Program-made: the position numbers and the translations under genes
Shown here: one piece after another, positions 60,720-64,000 of the stretch
Layout of the letters: each line of letters opens with the position of its first letter
Position numbering within the stretch: the first letter of the stretch is position 1
The notes under the pieces: model-generated
The model's database searches: none
Told to the model about the DNA's origin: nothing
What the model saw: only the letters and a program-made list of their open reading frames with translations
Assembly (NCBI RefSeq): GCF_030028105.1
Contig: NC_092370.1
Location: forward strand, 32,994,643-33,058,642
DNA from: Mobula birostris
Lineage: Eukaryota
Direction: 5' to 3'
Length of the DNA stretch: 64,000 nt

Positions 60720-63555
60720 CTCGGTGCATTTAACTCTCAAGTTTGCAAGTACTGAACCTTTAAGCAGACGAAGGTGCATCGCCACGGCTGAAAGAGAGAA
60801 TAGGACGACTCCAAGCCAGGCTGAAATGCTGAGGAATGTAACTTTCTTGACAGAGGATCTTGTTAGCAAATGTACATTCGTTGGAGAACAAGATTGAGGT
60901 TCTAAGGGCAAGATTGCTATATTAGCAGGAAATGAGCAAGTGTTGTGTTCTGTGTTTCACGGAGACATGGCTCACTCTGGACATGCTGGTAAGACCCAAG
61001 AGCTTCCTTATACACCAGGTGGATCAGGCTGCTATTTTGGACAAGGCAGAAGGTGTGGGTCTGTGTTTCATGATAAACTCTTTGTGGTGCTTGGACATAG
61101 TGGTCTTCTCACACTCTTGCTCCCCCTGACCTGGAACATCGGATGATTAAGTGCTGACCATTCTACTTAGAAAACTAATTCTTCTCCGTGATCCGGATTG
61201 GCGTTTAAATACCTCCAAAGGCAGGTGTTAAAAAAAAAACACTCTATGTATTAAATACCATGATTAGCAAACAAGAAACAGTTTACCCCAACACCTTTCA
61301 AGTCATAGTCGGAGACTTTATTCAGGTTTGTTTGAAGAAATCTCTGCCCAATTTTCGTCAATATATCACCCGCAGCACCAGGGGTCCTAACACACTCAAC
61401 CACTGTTACACTACAATTAGGAATGCCTACAGTTCCATACCTAAAACACATTTCAGGAAATTTGATCACTTCGCTCTTCTCGTCCTATCTGCATACAGGC
61501 AGAGGCTAAAGACCAAGACCAGAGATGAGGACAGCAAAGAGGTGGTTATGGAAGGCTGAAGAGCAGCAATGGGATTGCTTCGAATTGATAGACTGGCCTG
61601 TATTCAAGGACTCAGCAGAGGCTCGGAGTGAATATACCATGGTTGTCACTTCTTTGTAAAAATATTTTTTGGTGAGTTTGTCCCCACAAAAGCATTCAAA
61701 GTCTTCCCTAACCAGATGCCCTGGATGAACCATGTGGTCCACAGACCACTGAGTGCCAAATCTGTAGCATTCAGGTCTGGCGAGCAAATTACATACAAGA
61801 GGTCCAGGCACGATCTCTGGAGAGCCATCTCACTTGCGAAATGACAATTTTGGACCACACTTGAATCACTGAAGGATGCTCAACAGCTGTGGCAGAATTT
61901 GAATGCTGTCACCTTTTACAAAGTGAAACCAAGTGACATACAGTAAGTGACAGCAAGGCTTTGCTCCCAGATCAGCTCAACGCCTTTTATGCACTTTTGA
62001 CCATCAGAACATGGAGTCTCCTTCACGAACTCCCATAGCCCCTGATGACCCAGAGATTTCAGTCTCTGAAGCTGACCTGAGAACATCCTTCAAGATGGTG
62101 AACCGACAGAAAGCTCAGGTGGGGTCCTTGGCCGAGTACTAAAGACTTGTGCTGATCACTAGCTGAAGTGTTCACCAATATCTTTAACCTCTCTCTTTGG
62201 CAGTCTGAGGTACCCACCGGTTTCAAGCTGGCAAGAACATAGTAACCTACATCAACGACTATCGTCCAGTACCACACATCAACTGTGATGAAATGCTTTG
62301 AGAGGCCACATCCACTGTGATAAAATGCTTTGAGAGGTTGGTGATGAAACATATCAATTGCTGCCTGAGACGTGACTTGAGTCCACACCAACTTGCATAC
62401 CGCCACAACAGGTCAACACAACAATGCCATTTCATTGGCTCTTCACTCAATCCTGTAACGTTTAATCAGTGAAGATGCATACCTCAGGATACTCTTCATT
62501 GATTACAGCTTGGCATTCAATACCATCATCCCCTCAAAACTAATCAATAAACTTCAAGTCTTAGACCACAGTGCCTCCTTGTGCAACTGGACCCTCATTT
62601 TCCTCACTTGCAGACCTCAGTCACTTCAGCTTGGCAACAACATCGCAACAATCTCCTTCAGCACAGGTGTACCACAAGACTGTGTGCTTAGCACTCTGCT
62701 TTACTCACTTTGTATCTCGTGACTGTGAGACTAAACACAGCTCCAATGCCATTTTTTTTTATATATGCCATATTTATGTTTGCCGATGGCACCACTGTCA
62801 TTGGCCAAATCAGAGAGCTGGTGATGAAGAAGCATTTAGGAGCGAGATTGATTACCTGGCTGAGTAGTGTCACAGCACAATATCAGCAAGAAAAAGGAAA
62901 TGATTATTGACTTCAGAAGGAGGTAACTAGAGATCCATGAGCCAGTCCTCATTGGGGGAATCAGAGGCGGAGAGGGTCAGCAACTTTAAATTCATTGGTG
63001 TTATCATTTCAGAGGATCTGCCCTGAGATCAGCATGTAATTACCATTACGAATAAAGCATGGCAGCACCTCTGCTTTCTTAAAGTTTGCGAAGATTCAGC
63101 ATGTCATGTGAAACTTTTGACAAATTTCTGTAGATGTGCGGTAGAGAATATACTGACTGGCTGCATCACAGCCTGGTGTGGAAACACCAATGCCCTTGCA
63201 CAGAAAAGCCTACAAAAAGTAGTGGAGATGGCCTAGTCTAGTATGGGTAAAGTCCTCCCTACCACTGAGCACATCTATACGGAGCTTTGTTGCAGGAAAA
63301 CAGCATCCATCATCAAGGACCCCCACCATCCAGGCCATGGTCTATTCTCACTGCTGCCATCAGGAAGAAGGTACAGGAGCCTCAGAACCGACACCACCAG
63401 TTTCAGGAACAGTTATTACCCTTCAACCATCATGTTCTTCTACCAGAGGGGATAACTTCACTCAACTTCACTCACCCCATCACTGAACCTACACCATATG
63501 GGACTAGCCTTCGAGGACTCCTCACCTCATGTTCTTCATATTCATTGATTATTTA
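60720..63555 (+). mobile_element. Near-complete degenerate Rex1/Babar LINE
   Basis: CVLCFTETWL, VGDF, TRGPNTLNHCY, FNTIIPSKL, TGVPQDCVLS, MFADGTTVIG, IIKDPHHPGHGLFSLLPSGRRYRS; 32-bp tandem duplication near 62274-62337. Confidence 0.88.
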
Positions 63556-63647
63556 AACTAGAGTTATAGTGGCATGTGAGCCCAAGCACTAGAGGAGATA
63601 GTGGAGTGGTTGTGGAGAAACATGTTGGTAGGCCTACATACAAAGTC

Positions 63648-64000
63648 AATAGACAATAGACAATAGGTGCAGGAGTAGGCTATTTGGCCCTTCGAGTCAG
63701 CACTGCCATTCATTGTGATCATAGCTGATCATCCACAATCAGTACCCCATTCCTGCCTTCTCCCCATATCCCTTGACTCCACTGTCTTTAAGAGCTCTAT
63801 CTAACTCTTTCTTGAAAGCATCCAGAGAATTGGCCTCCACTGCCTCCTGGGGCAGAGCATTCCACAGATCCACAACTCTCTGGGTGAAAAAGTTTTTCCT
63901 CAATTCCGTTCTAAATGGCCTACCCCTCATTCTTAAACTGTAGCCTCTGGTTCTGGACTCCTCCAACATTGGGAACATGTTTCCTGCCTCTAGCGTGCCC
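63648..64000 (-). mobile_element. CR1 3' end running off the window
   Basis: ORF 63739-63978 MFPMLEESRTRG..NFFTQRVV; (tattgtc) tail. Confidence 0.9.

Noticed and set aside
1-64000. CRISPR arrays, operons or prokaryotic systems
   Set aside because: No regularly spaced repeats or gene-dense coding; the content is eukaryotic transposon-derived.

Overview
Repeat-saturated vertebrate non-genic (intergenic or deep intronic) DNA. The mix of HE1-type V-SINEs, Deu-domain SINE relics, abundant CR1, Rex1/Babar, RTE and Penelope-like elements points to a cartilaginous fish, probably a ray or shark (inference). I found no supportable host exon, rRNA, tRNA or CRISPR. Almost all long ORFs are retroelement RT/endonuclease fragments or their antisense shadows. 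Highlights: (1) a full-length RTE LINE with a target-site duplication (TSD) whose 5' end folds into an HDV-like ribozyme with an extra hairpin in L3; (2) minimal hammerhead ribozyme cores in Penelope terminal repeats, one intact, plus palindromic Penelope hairpins inserted as single units; (3) a heavily decayed integrase plus env-like relic at the window start; (4) scattered Gypsy gag/pol fossils in apparently unique sequence; (5) a ~2.1 kb near-identical tail-to-tail CR1 inverted repeat and repeated antisense CR1-in-CR1 nesting; (6) Tc1, Tigger and hAT DNA-transposon derivatives. All family calls are from motif recognition by eye. No database search was run, and boundaries of old elements are approximate.
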